This document shows, in pieces, positions 41,231-54,239 of a stretch of 64,000 nucleotides of DNA. The DNA lies in contig OX597817.1 in assembly GCA_951406725.2 (NCBI GenBank), forward strand, positions 3,224,001 to 3,288,000, in the 5' to 3' direction. The notes beneath the pieces were generated by a model. That model saw only the letters and a program-made list of their open reading frames with translations, made no database searches and was not told where the DNA came from. Source of the DNA: Octopus vulgaris. Its lineage: Eukaryota. Each line of letters begins with the position of its first letter. The stretch's first letter is position 1. Made by a program: the position numbers and the translations under genes.

Positions 41231-42326
41231 AGTCTTGGTATAAAAGATGGGCTACAGCAAATATTCTGCTCAATGCCACAGATTTACTTGTCAGTTGTTT
41301 GACCTTAACCAGTTGAGCATGTCCCTAGTGTACCCTTATCAGACAGGTAGTCATGATGGGTATACTGGGCTTTGTATATTTTACCCCAGTGTTACTTTGA
41401 TGGCATGCACTACTCTCTCACTCAATAATAATAATAATAATAATAATAATACTGATGAACAAAATACAGGAAAATTCATAATTATTTTCCTGCTATTTTT
41501 TAGAAAATCTGTTGCTGATTAGATTTTTGTAATAAAAAAAAAGCTATGAATAAAAGATATTAAACATGCAACAAAGCACTAAAGCAAATGAATGGTAAAT
41601 GATAATTCTTTCTTTTCATTTTATGAGTATAGGAAATATAGATTATCCTGTTGCTAACTCTGTAGCATAAAATGTTAAAAAAACTTCCATTGATTCCTAC
41701 TGAACTTTTCGGTTAGAAACAAAGCACACTGAATTTTAATATGTCTATCATTTCTACAGAAAAAGTATTGAATTCTTATAATTAAAAGTATCAAGATTTC
41801 GTATGAAAATGCAATTGAGATATCTATCAGAAAAAGAGACAGCATGAAACTGAGATAAAGAGTCATTTATATTAACATAATAAATATAAGTAGGTGCATG
41901 TTAAATGATGTGTCTGGAAACTTAATTGGTATTTCAGAATTTAGTTTCACACAATTAAAATACTACTGATGAGAAAGTAAGAAGGCTGTCATGTAGCTAT
42001 ATAACCTTATCTACTATTACTACAATAGCTTCTGTTCCTTCTGTTCTCATTTCATAAGCAGGATAGCTTCACTGAAGAGTAGCATCTGCTCACTGGTCAT
42101 TCCACATAGTTGTTCCATTGAGGGTGTCCTCTTTCACCACTCCTGTATATTCTAGATGTTGAGTCATTGAAGTAATAAAGGATGTCATTCAAAACTAGGA
42201 TGCAGGAAAGCTGTTTTGGTTTATATAGACAATGCTCTCTTCTTTAAACTTCTTCACCCAACTATACATTTTGCTTGTGTCAATGGTGTAATCTCCGTAA
42301 ATAACCTGCGCTTCACCCACAGTATA

Positions 42327-42480
42327 ACTCTTTTACTCTTTTACTTGTTTCAGTCATTTGACTGTGGCCATGCTGGAGCACCGCCTTTAGTTGAGCAAAT
42401 CGACCCCAGGACTTATTCTTCTGGTATCTTTTGCCGAACCACTAAGTTACGGGGATGTAAACATACCAGTATCGGTTGAC
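42327..42480 (-). mobile_element. 3' part of another abundant SINE-like repeat
   Basis: ttttacttgtttcagtcatttgactgtggccatgctggagcaccgcc..aatcgacccc. Related copies at ~775-852, 55500-55680 and 61200-61380. Confidence 0.65.
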
Positions 42481-43204
42481 CGTTCAACACAAACCACAAA
42501 ACTTGATGTTTCTTGTCATGCCATACAAATCTAACCACTAACACCTATGTTTACATACATGTTTGAGAGGATCCACACAAGAATATAAACACATTTCTTA
42601 ATTTCCTATACTATACATAACTAATTTTAGCAGATGAGCTATGTAATTTGAAATAAAGAAAGGCACTCAACCAGAACAGTATCTTCCATACATGTTTACT
42701 ACTCCCTTTACTTTTCTCTTCCTCCTTATTCTACTGTTTGTTCTTTCCCCCCAAAATTTATTTCTACTTACCCAATTAAAATAATGATGTTACTTTATAT
42801 GACACAAAAAACCCCACTATTAACCTATACATACTTTGAAACCACTGTGCTTCACCCACAACATAAAGCAAGAATTATATAATCTTGGAAAACCAAAAAA
42901 AAACATTACATAATTGAGCCAAAACTGTCGATCTTTACCTTGTTAAGATAGAATGTGATACTCTACATAAATATATTGAGTAATCTTTCGATTAATGCTT
43001 GACTATTTTATTATTTCTGTATGCCAGACCCCAGTTGAACTGTCCAACCCATGCTAGCATGGAAAGCGGACGTTAAACGATGATGATGATGATGATGAAT
43101 GAGACACAAAAACAGGCATTAATATGAATGTGAGTGTGTGTGTGAGTGAGAGAGAGAGAAAGAGAAAAAGAAAGAATGAAAGAGAGAGAGAGAGAGCAAG
43201 AGAG

Positions 43205-43235
<31 letters not shown>

Positions 43236-43428
43236 AAGATGATGCAGACATGACAGTATAGTTAATAAATTAGCTTCATAACAATATGGTTTCAGGTTCT
43301 ATGGAACTGAAAGCTGAAACCATGAGTCATGTTTTGTGAGGAAATTTGGTTCACAGAAAATGTGGAAGCCCCATCATGTGTATATGAGTTTCTACATGTA
43401 AATGTATACATATACATATATATATATA

Positions 43429-43795
43429 CTAGCAGTATCGCCCGGCGTTGCTCGGGTTTGTAAGGGAAATAACTATAAAGCATTTTTAGAGAGTTTTAGC
43501 CAAAAAATGGGGAAAAAATGATGGTAAAATTTTTTTAGTTAAAAAGGTCGAGTTGCGTCCCCTAGACAGTCTGTGGTTTGTGTTTCTGATTCTCGACCCC
43601 ATGTCGAATTTATCGATTTTTTTCAGAACTGGGGGAACTTTTCAAAATTTTCGCTGCGTTAGTTTTGAATTATGACATTAGACTATGTGTGTGTCAAGTT
43701 TCATCAGAATCGGTTGAAAGCCGTGGTCAGGGTGAGGGTACGAGAAAACAGACACACAGAAACACGCACAGACAAACTGCCGTTTATATAGAGAG

Positions 43796-43796
<1 letters not shown>
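43429..43796 (-). mobile_element. Non-autonomous Helitron, 368 bp
   Basis: Minus strand begins A|TCTCTCTATATAAA and ends with hairpin cccgagcaacgccggg followed by CTAG|T. It is inserted between A and T in a TA tract with no TSD. Confidence 0.8.
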
Positions 43797-43839
<43 letters not shown>

Positions 43840-43893
43840 TTATTAATTAAAATGAATCACTATCAGTTTCAATGGTAAATATTCCAGTTGTTT

Positions 43894-44320
43894 CATAATC
43901 ATCGTTTAGCATCCGCTTTCCATGCTAGCATGGGTTGGACAGTTCAACTGGGGTCTGGGAAGCCCGAAGGCTGCACCAGGCCCAGTCTGATTTGGCAATG
44001 TTTCTACGGCTGAATGCCCTTCCTAATGCCAACCACTCCGAGAGTGTAGTGGATGCTTTTTACGTGCCACCGGCACAGGTGCCAGACGAGGCTGGCAAAC
44101 GGCCACGATCGGATGGTGCTTTTTACATGCCACCGGCACAGAGGCCAGGCTAGGCTGGCAATGGCCACAATCGGATGGCGCTTTTTATGTGCCGCCGGCA
44201 CGGAGGCCAGTCGGGGCGGTGCTGGCAATGGCCACATTCAGATGGTTCTCTTACATGCCACCGGCACTGGTATTACAGCTACAATTTCCATTGATGTTGA
44301 TCGATTTTGATTTTGATTTT
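43894..44320 (-). mobile_element. Terminal module of the RTE-associated retroposon with internal ~58-bp tandem repeats
   Basis: catcgtttagcatccgctttccatgctagcatgggttggac..tgcccttcctaatgccaacc, followed by four copies of a gct(t)tttacgtgccaccggcac unit (44050-44270). Confidence 0.75.
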
Positions 44321-46157
44321 CAACAAAACTTATTTACTCATTCATTTATAACGTAATTGACTTAATATTCCTCAGAAACAGGCAGAGTCCATCTTAATAG
44401 CTTTTACTATTTCTCTTTACCTAATTTTATTCGCAAAGGATCCATCTGAAGCTATGATAAAAGACATTGGTGCAAGTGACTATATACGTTAGGTTCAAAT
44501 CTGGGAGCTTGAGATTATGATACAAACTTCTTATATGTAAGCAATCTTTTGCTGACTGTTGATGCATCTGATGCATCTGCTCTGGAGGAGAAGATCAAGT
44601 AAGGAATATGCGTCATACTGTGTTGCATGATTACAGATGCACCTTTTAAAGTTAATGATGAATTTTGAAAGACATACTGTACCAGCTACCAATGCATTAT
44701 TATCATAGCAAGAAATTGTGATACAACAAGCATATTTTTAACAAGTGTTCTTTTCTTGCCTTTCATTCTTGAAATGTGTAAATACAAAGAAGATACCCTC
44801 AAATTCTCTGCTGATGAGTTGAAGATTCTATGAAATCTGGACAATGCACTTACTTACTGAGGTGACCATCAGTTTGTCAGTAATGATGGGAAAATAATAT
44901 GTATGTTCTTACCACCCACTATTATGTTAATTCAGTCAACTGATCAAGATATTATGGTAGCTGACAAATAATTATACTAATGGATATATTTGAATAAATT
45001 CTCAAGGTGATAGAAGGGGACAATAAAAGGGATGACTCCTGAGGAAAAAGACCGCTCAATAACATCAAGAACAATAATCTCAAGTCAGCAAGATTCAATT
45101 TTGCAATTTCAGGAAGGCAATCAAAACAGCCTCTAAAAAATAAAAAATGATGTATGCTGTTGTGATAGACCATGGTTTTGAAAGATTTGAGACAAGTGGT
45201 TTTTATTGTAGATTTCAGAGGATAGAATAAACATATCACAAAGACATTATCAAAACCTGTTTGGAAATTAGAGAGAACTTTGGATATCAAATATTAATGG
45301 AAGAAGAAATGGCGGTAGAAGTTGGTGGCAACAGAGATAGGGAAGGTGATAAAAATGACACACTGTCCAAAAGACTCCAAACTTTCCTTTGTACAAGAGT
45401 CTCATGATAATGTCCTTTTGTATACTGACTCATCAACAGAAACTGATATTCAACAACATTATCAACAATTATCCAGAAGCAGCATCAGTAAACAACTGAA
45501 ACCGGATTAATTTCCCACAGCATCTCTGCTGTAACTGTTAAGCTTGGTGATATTGATAATCCACCTGCCATTGGTTTTGACCCTCCTCAGTCAACACGGA
45601 CTTCCACAAGTCAGAAACAAGAACTAATAGAACATTATAGTTTCACTAACTCATAAGTTATCACTTCTAAATCTACCCCATGGTGCTATCAGATAAAGCT
45701 TATTTGTCATCTACCATAGCTAAATGAAATTCATTTAAAATATTAACTTTTTAATTTTGGTATGTTGTAATTTTGAATAATTTTAAGTATTTTCTACAAT
45801 TTTGTTACTGTTTATTGCGTCCAACACTTTTTAATCACCACTAGAAATTTGTAGACTGTGTATCCACAAATGAAAGCTCTCCCTTAACACAGGTACAAAA
45901 CCTGAAAATTGCAGAAGGGTTTAGTCCAATTGGATGACAGACAAAGTTGAGCCTGGATGGATTTGAGCTCAGAACATAAACGACTTGAAGAGACAGTACA
46001 AAGCATTTTGTCTAATGCTCTAATGATTCTGCCAATCCCCTGCTCTTCATAAATAAGAGGTAGGGTGATGCTAAGCTACAGTTACACCTCAAATATTAAC
46101 CCCTACCATTGATGAGACTGGATAGTTTGTTAAAATAGACAATTTAACCCTTTATTA

Positions 46158-47421
46158 TTAAGTTGTCAAGCATGAAATTTGTAGGAAAAAGAAAAAATTT
46201 TGCTAATATTTTATAAATAAAAGGAATAGTTTTATTCATCAAAGTATGTACTCATATTGTCAATACACTTTTGGTATTTCTGCAGTAGCTCGTCCAGCAT
46301 GGAACTGTAGAAGCCTGGCAATCTAGAGTCAATAAAATCTTGGAAGGCCTGTTTTATAGCATTGTCGGAATTAAATTTTTTTCTTATCAAAAAGTTATCC
46401 AAATTCTGGAAGAAGTGGTAGTCAGAGGGGGCAAGATCAGGTGAGTATGGTGGATGATGGACTTCCAACACCAACTCCTGTAGTTTCGCCAATGTCATTT
46501 TTGCGATGTGCGGTCGGGCATTGTCTTGCTATAGGAGTGAATCTATTGGCTAATCTAGGCTGTTTTTGGTAAGTTTCTGCACCATTTGGTCCAGTTGGCT
46601 GCAGTATACTTCTGCCGTGATTGATGAGCTGGGTTTAATGAAATCATAATGAATAACACACTTGCACCAGACCACCAAGCTCACACCATCAACTTTTTTT
46701 GATGAATTTTACCTTTTGGACTATTTTGGTGGCTCATCTTTATCTAACCATTGTGCTGAATGTTTATGGTTGTTGTATTGGATCCATTTTTCCTCACATG
46801 TTACAATTCGATTCAAAAATGAATAATTTTTGTGATGAGAAAGTAGCATAATGCAACTTCCAAACGTTGCTGTTTCTGATTTTCATTGAGTTCATGTGGA
46901 ACCCACTTATCCAACTTTTTCACTTTACTGATTTGAACCAGGTGAGTCAATATTGTTTACTTGCTAAGACCAAATAACAATGATAATTCACTGGCACTTT
47001 GAGATGGATCTGACTCAACAGTGGCTTTCAGTTCATCATCATCCACCTTTCTTTCTGATTGACCACATAGCTCATTAGTGAAGCCAAAGTTACCAGAACG
47101 AAATTTTGCAAATCAATTTGATACTGTCTGCTGTGTACATTAGAAGGAAATACTCCGTTAATATTCCAAGCCATCTTTGATGCTGCATTTCCAATGAAGA
47201 ACTCATATTTCAAAACTGCATGAATTTCCAACTTATCCAAAAATAACAAAAAAACGATTTATAAATACTTCATAAAGCGCAAAATGAGTTAGAGTAAAGA
47301 AATAGATGTGTCAGATTTCTAACAAAAAATTAAGATTGCCAAAATATAATAATAGCACAAAATGAGCAGCTGTCAAAGTTTGCCATATACCTTACTACAA
47401 ATTTCATACTTGACGACCTAA
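46158..47421 (-). mobile_element. mariner DNA transposon, full-length but decayed (Hsmar1/cecropia-like)
   Basis: 27-bp TIRs ttaagttgtcaagcatgaaatttgtag (46158-46184) and ctacaaatttcatacttgacgacctaa (47395-47421), with TA at the left end. Motifs KYEF, DKWVPHEL, RIVTCEEKW, QDNARPH, HPPYSPDLAPSDYHFF, with stops and frameshifts. Confidence 0.93.
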
Positions 47422-47849
47422 TCGTATGGTTGAATATCATCACTGTATATCACCACCACCACCATCATTTTGATGTCCACTTTATGATGACTGAGTTGGT
47501 CAAATAGATTTTTATACAGTGGGATACCCTTCTTGCCACCAATCCTCACTTGGCAAAGTAATATTTTTTGTGGCCTGACATGCTTCCAGGGAAGATTGGA
47601 AGTGAAGAACACTGTTTGTATGATGGTGTTGCTTGTTTATACGAATGTACAATGTCAAGACAAGGGAACACAAACACACACACACCTACACATACATGCA
47701 CGTGCACACACACACTGACTCAGACTACAAATAGGCAACATGGTAGCATTTATATTTATGTTTGTTTCACAAGTACGCATGATGTATGAACCCAGGGGCT
47801 ACGTCTATGTGGATGTTGACATCACAAATGGTTATTACAGCTGTCCTTT

Positions 47850-49090
47850 AGAAGAATGCTAAGACAGACAGTCTGGTGTGCATGCATTCTTTGGATATAA
47901 TCCAAGGATTGAAAATGGAACAAAATTCTTGGAGTTTTACCGTTTTCAGCAAAATTCAGTAAATGAATCAGCTAAATAAATGTCAACCACTCAATATGTA
48001 CGAGAGCCAGGTTGATTTTGTACAGGCTAAAAAATGAAACAAGCAGATGGGCTTGAATAGCAAATCTTTTCCCAGTGAAGAATATTTTCCTTAACATATA
48101 CTAGAAGTTAATGAACTTGCAATGGGAAAGTAAAGGATTCAGAAGTAAAAGACATGTGGAAAAAGAAAGCTGTAGACGATAACATTCTTTTATAAGACAA
48201 AACTTCCAAATTGTACCAGGGTATTCCTATTCGGATTGTGAGGATTAGATAGATGACTATGGTATAGCGGTGAGCTGGCAGAAACGTTAGCACGCCGGGT
48301 GAAATGCTTAGCGGTATTTCGTCTGCCGTTACATTGTGAGTTCAAATTCCGCCGAGGTCGACTTTGCCTTTCATCCTTTCGGGGTCGATAAATTAAGTAC
48401 CATTTACGCACTGGGGTCGATGTAATCGACTTAATACCTATGTCTGTCCTTGTTTGTCCCCTCTGTGTTTAGCACCTTGTGGGTAATAAAGAAATAGGTA
48501 TGGAGTAGTGCTTCTCAGACTGACAAATATCATGCATCACTACCAAATAGAAATATAATTTTTTAATCCCTTCCCCGTATAAATAAGAAGGCAGAAAAAG
48601 TGTTTGCTTTCATATAATTCTCTTTTCTTTGTCTTGTTGTTCAACAAGTTTAGAAAGTATAAAACCATCATAATTTTATTAAAAAATGATAATTTGCTCA
48701 TTTTTCAATCCGCATAGATAGTGTTTGTTATAGTTACAGGAACCCCACCAACCATCCCTATGAAAACACTGGCATACAAGACATCTGGGCAATCTTAAAA
48801 GTCAACCAACGGCAAATCACCAAACAATTCTGTGATGAAGCAGAACCTTTGCTGAGCAATGGTAATATGATAGTAAGATAGCAGTGATTAGAGCTGTAAA
48901 ATGCAAGAGAAAATGCTTTGAGTAAGTGGAAGAATGGGACTAGCAAAGGGATATGTAGTAAGGTAGGAAATAAGAAACTAGGGATATCAAGCCAAGAAAT
49001 AAGTGGAGAAAAGAAGTTTACGAATAGAGTATGGGAAATATTTCAAATTGCCAGGTTTATTCACAAATGCATCAGGATGTCCCTGGGGTG
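47850..49090 (+). mobile_element. Decayed RTE 5'/central fragment interrupted by a SINE
   Basis: APE-like remnants (NGTKFLEF, KSFPSEE) and RAVKCKRKCF..KWKNG, matching the region after the endonuclease in the 15290 copy. Confidence 0.5.
48266..48496 (+). mobile_element. tRNA-derived SINE with Meta-like central domain
   Basis: gcggtgagctggcagaaacgttagc..gagttcaaattcc (B box), then gtcgactttgcctttcatcctttcggggtcgataaattaagtacc. Diverged copies at ~14920-15100, 22225-22586, 24180-24320, 45880-46050 and 55080-55150. Confidence 0.85.
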
Positions 49091-51615
49091 AAGCAACACT
49101 GACACATTCTCAGGGATCTAGTTTTTTCATTCATAAAATGAGACCCTTTAATTTTGCTCAGATTGCTTTTAATTTGGTGTATCGATGCAACCCTGAATTT
49201 TGATTACGATCAACCAATTACTTTACTTCGTAAATTAAAGAATCTGATGTTATTTGGAATTAAAGTTGGGGAAATTTGGGCAATTTTAGCCAATTAACAG
49301 ACAGCGAGGCATTAGCAGCTTGTTACCATGACAACCACATGCTCTGTTGTGGTTCACTTCACTGTTGTCTGTGCTGCACGTTGTTCTATGTTGATTTTTC
49401 ACAAGTGGTTCTTCACATCATCAGATTCTTTTCACCCGTGTGTTTTGTTTTAATTTTTCTGTGTTAGTATATTACATATTTTTCTGTGCTTCTGTGTGTT
49501 AGTATTTTTACATGTTTTTCATTTTAAATAATTTTTGGACTCATTGACTGAGATGGATGGATTTATGATTTCACTAGATTAATTCTGTTCATAAAAATTT
49601 TAATTAGGAGAATTTCTTAAACTGTTAGCTTCACATTTCAACAGCTTAACTGAAATTTAGCCCAGTTAACAGGAACTGAAAGGGATATCGTAGAACAGAG
49701 AAACTGTGGATGATATAGATAATTTGATATTCTGTTTGAATTCTGCATGCAAAAACATATAAGAAACGGGTATTCTTTTCCTTGGGACAAATTCTTTGTT
49801 GACCAATGTTATTCTTATTGTAGTTTACAAATGCAAACATGAAAACGTTACTCAACTTTGGAGTTTTGGAGACAGACACCCCCTTCACATACACACATGA
49901 ATGTATAAATGTACGTATAAATTTATATATGAATACATACATCCACATGCACCTATATATTAATGATGTATACAAATACAAGACTGATATACATAATACT
50001 GAAATACGCAAAAAGTAAACACATGCAGACAGAAACCTACAATGAACAGGTCATGTCACAGATGCTAAACTATAAATTTCACAGGGTACAACCTTAAAGT
50101 TGACACTGCTCCAATAAATGCAGAAAATGTTTTAAACCTCTGTAACTTTTTCCTCCAATTATTTTTCTCCATATCATACCTTCATAGCAATGACACTGGA
50201 AGACTACTTTATTATAGCTGATTTTCAGATTTTTTACTTCCTTTTAAAAAATGTATATTTTGTGAATGAAAAAAAAACTAGATCAACTCTCAGTAACAGT
50301 CTCAAGACAGGAGCATGATGATATTAAAGTCGTCAAGCTTCATTCAGTAAACACATCCCAGTGTTGAACATCCAGATTTGCTTTCTTTTCTTCAGACATA
50401 CAGCACATATAACTACATCATCCACTGTGTTCTTCACTTTTCTTAATACAGTAGGGTGTGATCTCAGGGAAATGTAGGTGTTTTTCTTGCTCACCCCTCT
50501 GCTTTTATTCTTAATGCATTTTGTCAACAAGCTGTTATCTAAATTAATTTACATGACAATGTATATGGTCAGCTATAAAGTAATGGTTCCATCATCATCA
50601 TCATCAATGGTTCCATATCCATATCAAATGGATAACAATAAACAATGGATAATTGCCAGCTAATTACATCTGTTTCTTACGTAACTTTTAATAGAAGAAT
50701 GGTTGTATATTATATCGTTATACAAGAATAAGTTTACAAAGTTATCATCACAGTCCTGTGCAGAAGGAATTAATTAATTACTAATTTGCTGTATGACATA
50801 TCATGTAATTTATCAGAGATACACAAATTGTAGTTATCTAGTGTTGCTTTAGCTAATAATGATCATGAAGATGATGATGATGATGATGATGGTGGCGATT
50901 TCAGTCAAATTAGACACATTTTATATCATAAGAAGACTCCTAGACTGCTCATAAGCCAGAGTGTTATCATGGAGTATACACTACTTGCACAAGAAAACAT
51001 AAGATTCTCATAACACTTTACAGTTTGAGTTTATCTAACTAAATAGGTAACGTTTAAGTAGAAAGTAAATGGAGAGATAATTTTAAATGATTGAATAACA
51101 GCACAATAAAATTATAGTAGTTTAAGTTAGAAGCTACAGTTCACAATGAATTTTATTTTTTAAATGAATAATAAACGAATTACTCAACTTATGCAGAATA
51201 TTTAACTCCAATTTATTAGAGAATTTTTAACTATAAACTTTACTGAGACTTTTTTATTCTGCCATATAGTTTTGAAATGATGGTACTAACGCATAGTATA
51301 TTCTTCAAGCAGATCTATTCATCCAAAGGCTAAATTTAATATCTAGTTACACATATCCTAAACTGTAAAACTCTTGCCAAGTCATAAACAGACAGCATAT
51401 TTTATCTCTATGTGATTCAGAGTGCGTGCACACACACATTTATAAGTTCATTTTATGTCCAGTTTTCCATGCTGGAATAGACTGGACAAAGACTATTGAG
51501 GCAATATTGTATAGTTATTGAGATTATCGAGGTGGTACTGTATTAGCTGCTCTTCCTGTTGCCAACCCTCATGTATGTTCAAGTAACAGACATCTTTACT
51601 CTTATTTCGCTGGTT

Positions 51616-52000
51616 GGAAGCACTCTGTCGGTTACGACGATGAGGGTTCTGGTTGATCTGAATCAACGGAACAGCCTGCTCGTGAAATTAACGTGTAAGT
51701 GGCTGAGCACTCCACAGACACGTGTACCCTTAACGTAGTTCTCGGGGATATTCAGCGTGACACAGAGAGTGAAAAGGCCGGCCCTTTGAAATACAGGTAC
51801 AGCAGAAACAGGAAGAAAGAGTGAGAGAAAGTTGTGGTGAAAGAGTACAGCAGGGATCACCACCATCCCCTGCCGGAACCTCGTGGAGCTTTTAGGTGTT
51901 TTCGCTCAATAAACACTCACAACGCCCAGTCTGGGAATCGAAACCGCGATCCTATGACCGTGAGTCCGCTACCCTAACCACTGGGCCATTGCGCCTCCAC
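51616..52000 (-). mobile_element. tRNA-derived SINE, family A, copy 2
   Basis: Same sequence as 40847-41230. Perfect 12-bp TSD atttcgctggtt at 51604-51615 and 52002-52013. Confidence 0.92.
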
Positions 52001-52173
52001 GATTTCGCTGGTTAATGCAAGTTGAAAGTGCTGGAACAAAGAACATCTTGTTATTTTGGGGGATGTGAAATGATTTGACCATTTAGTTCAGATGGTGCAG
52101 TGCGAAAAACATGTGGAATATAAAGATTCATGTGTAGACATAGACACATGCAGACACATACATGTATGTATAG

Positions 52174-52206
<33 letters not shown>

Positions 52207-52344
52207 CAAACATAAGTACATAAATATATTAGTGTAATGTAGGTTGGACTAAGCATTGTGTGATATTTATAGGTAAAAATCATTTAAAAATACTCAATAC
52301 AATGTAAATTTGTATTGATTTACAGTGTATGTATGTATGTATGT

Positions 52345-52920
52345 AATAATAAAAAAATAATAATGAAATTATTGTATACAGTGCTCAGGTGCACCATGAC
52401 TTGTCAAAAGTGCGTATAAAGCATATGCAGTAATGTACAAATGTCTTGGAAGTGAGCAGTGTATGAGTCAGATACATGCTTGTGTGTGTATGGAGGGGAG
52501 AGAAATCAGGTGTAGTGTTGGCGAATCTCAGGAAGCATGGAAGTTTTGAAGGATGCAGTGCTCCGACAACTAACAACTGATGCCAGCAGTTTGTTCCATG
52601 CTTCAGCAATTCTTAGCGTGAAAAAATGTTTCTGAAAGTCATGGGAGCTGTGCTGTTTTCTGACTTTGTAAACATGTCCACGGGTGTTAGACAGGTGGAG
52701 TTTGAAAAGGTGCTCAGAATTATTGTTTGTAAGATGGTTAATAATTTTATGGATGTCTAACAAGTCAGCCGCCAGATGTTGGAGTTTCAATGTATCCATG
52801 CCCGGGGAAGTAAGGCGTTCAGAATGTGGCAAATGCCTGATGGAGGGTATTGTCTTGATTGCACGTCACTCAATGGTTTCCAAACAATTAATGTTCTGAG
52901 CAAGATAGGGGTTCCAGACC
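52345..52920 (-). mobile_element. CR1-clade LINE 3' end
   Basis: DINCLET.., YSERL-like, TRGHVYKVRKQ..KHFFTLRIAEAWNKL..SFK, which is the canonical CR1 ORF2 C-terminus, followed by a short UTR and an ATT-rich tail. Confidence 0.88.
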
Positions 52921-52929
52921 GTATGTATG

Positions 52930-53600
52930 TATGAACATACATACAGAGAATCAGATCAATGCATAGCCAAACAACTCCTATATGGACAGATAAAAGAAGC
53001 AAAGAGGTCTCAAGATAAACCAAAAATGTGTTTCAAAGATTCAATAAGTTGGACACAAAAGAGCTTTGAGAATGAAAAACTGGGAGAGTGATGCAATGGA
53101 TTGGCCAAAATGGAGGAGTAAAAACTGGGAAGATACTGCTTTGTTTACATGTTTTGTTGTTGTTTGTTCCATCTCGAGGCATGCCTGGCTCATAAGGGCC
53201 AGTTTCCTGGTTTCCTTGGCGTATAGGTTCCCCACCTGGATGGGATGCCGGTCCGTCACATTGAGCTGCAAGATGCAGGAGGAAAGAGTGAGAGAAAGTT
53301 GTGGCGAAAGAGTCAGCAGAAGTTCGCCATAACCTTCTGCCAGAGCTGCAGGGAGCTTAGATGTTTTCGCTCATAAACACACACATCGCCCGGTCTGAGA
53401 TTCAAACCCACACTCCCTTGACTGCAAGTCCACTGCTCTAACCACTAGGCCATATGCCTCCACTTGTTTGCAAATAACAAGTGGAAAAAAAAGAGGCAAG
53501 GGTTTACTTGTGGCCAATGTTTCTTCTCTCTTTACTTGTGACACCTGCAATCATATTCACCTCTCATATGCTGGACTAGCTTTTCATAAGTGGAAGCACT
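52930..53600 (+). mobile_element. 3' end of a second RTE family (BovB-type C-terminus), split by a SINE
   Basis: IAKQLLYGQIKEAKRSQDKPKMCFKD, NWESDAMDWPKWR, and terminal finger FTCDTCNHIHLSYAGLAFHKWKH. Confidence 0.75.
53150..53463 (-). mobile_element. tRNA-derived SINE sharing the family A head and body but with a different 3' tail
   Basis: Head gtggaggcatatggcctagtggttagagcagtggac, shared gagcgaaaaca.ctaagctcc and caactttctctcactctt. Distinct tail ending (caa)n. TSD ttgttt(a/g)ca. Confidence 0.85.
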
Positions 53601-54239
53601 TATTTAAGCCCAGTACTTACAATCTGTTTAAGCACCTTGCTCTGTTTCTAATAAGATCAGCAGAAGTAAATCTAGGTTGACTAGGCACACAAAATGTCAC
53701 AATATCAATTTGCAGCAGTCTTCACAACTAAATCAAGCATTTTCATGTCATCTATGTTGAAATACATGTAAATTACTTGCTGGACTAGAGACTCATTTTC
53801 AGTCATATAGCATATGTACTATTTATAACCATCTTGTAGCAATTATCTAAAGTGTAAAAATCTATAAAATTTTCTTATCAATGGTTCTGAACCAAATTTG
53901 TATGTAACTGTTGCTTATATATTAATTGCTTCAGGCAAATAATTTTTGATTTATTTATTTTAATTATTTATCTTTAAACATTTTAGTCCATTTGTATATA
54001 ACAATAATTTAATTGTAAATATCGTTGAAGTCATTAAATTATACTACATTAATGTGTTTTTGTGTATTACTTGTGTGGTTATGTGTTGTCAGTTTTAACG
54101 GAGAACGGACGTTAAACGACGATGATGATGATGATGATGTATATGTACTCTGTCAGTGTTGGCATTAGGAAAAGTTATACTTGATTAATGAGTGGACAGC
54201 CACCATGCTTGAGTATGTATGTATGCCTGCATGCATACC

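Noticed and set aside
42939-42962. Possible 24-nt micro-exon (tag|AGTATC..AACAAG|gtaaag, SITFYLNK) ending in phase 0
   Set aside because: The pyrimidine tract is weak and the peptide does not complete a finger. Such matches are expected by chance in 27 kb, so RNA evidence would be needed.
46430-46530. Apparent DD33D spacing in the mariner
   Set aside because: Best explained by a one-codon deletion (EV-HHPPY vs EVLPHPPY) in a copy with many other lesions.
53468-53680. C2H2 finger as an exon of the host zinc-finger gene
   Set aside because: It is on the opposite strand and collinear with an RTE ORF2 C-terminus.
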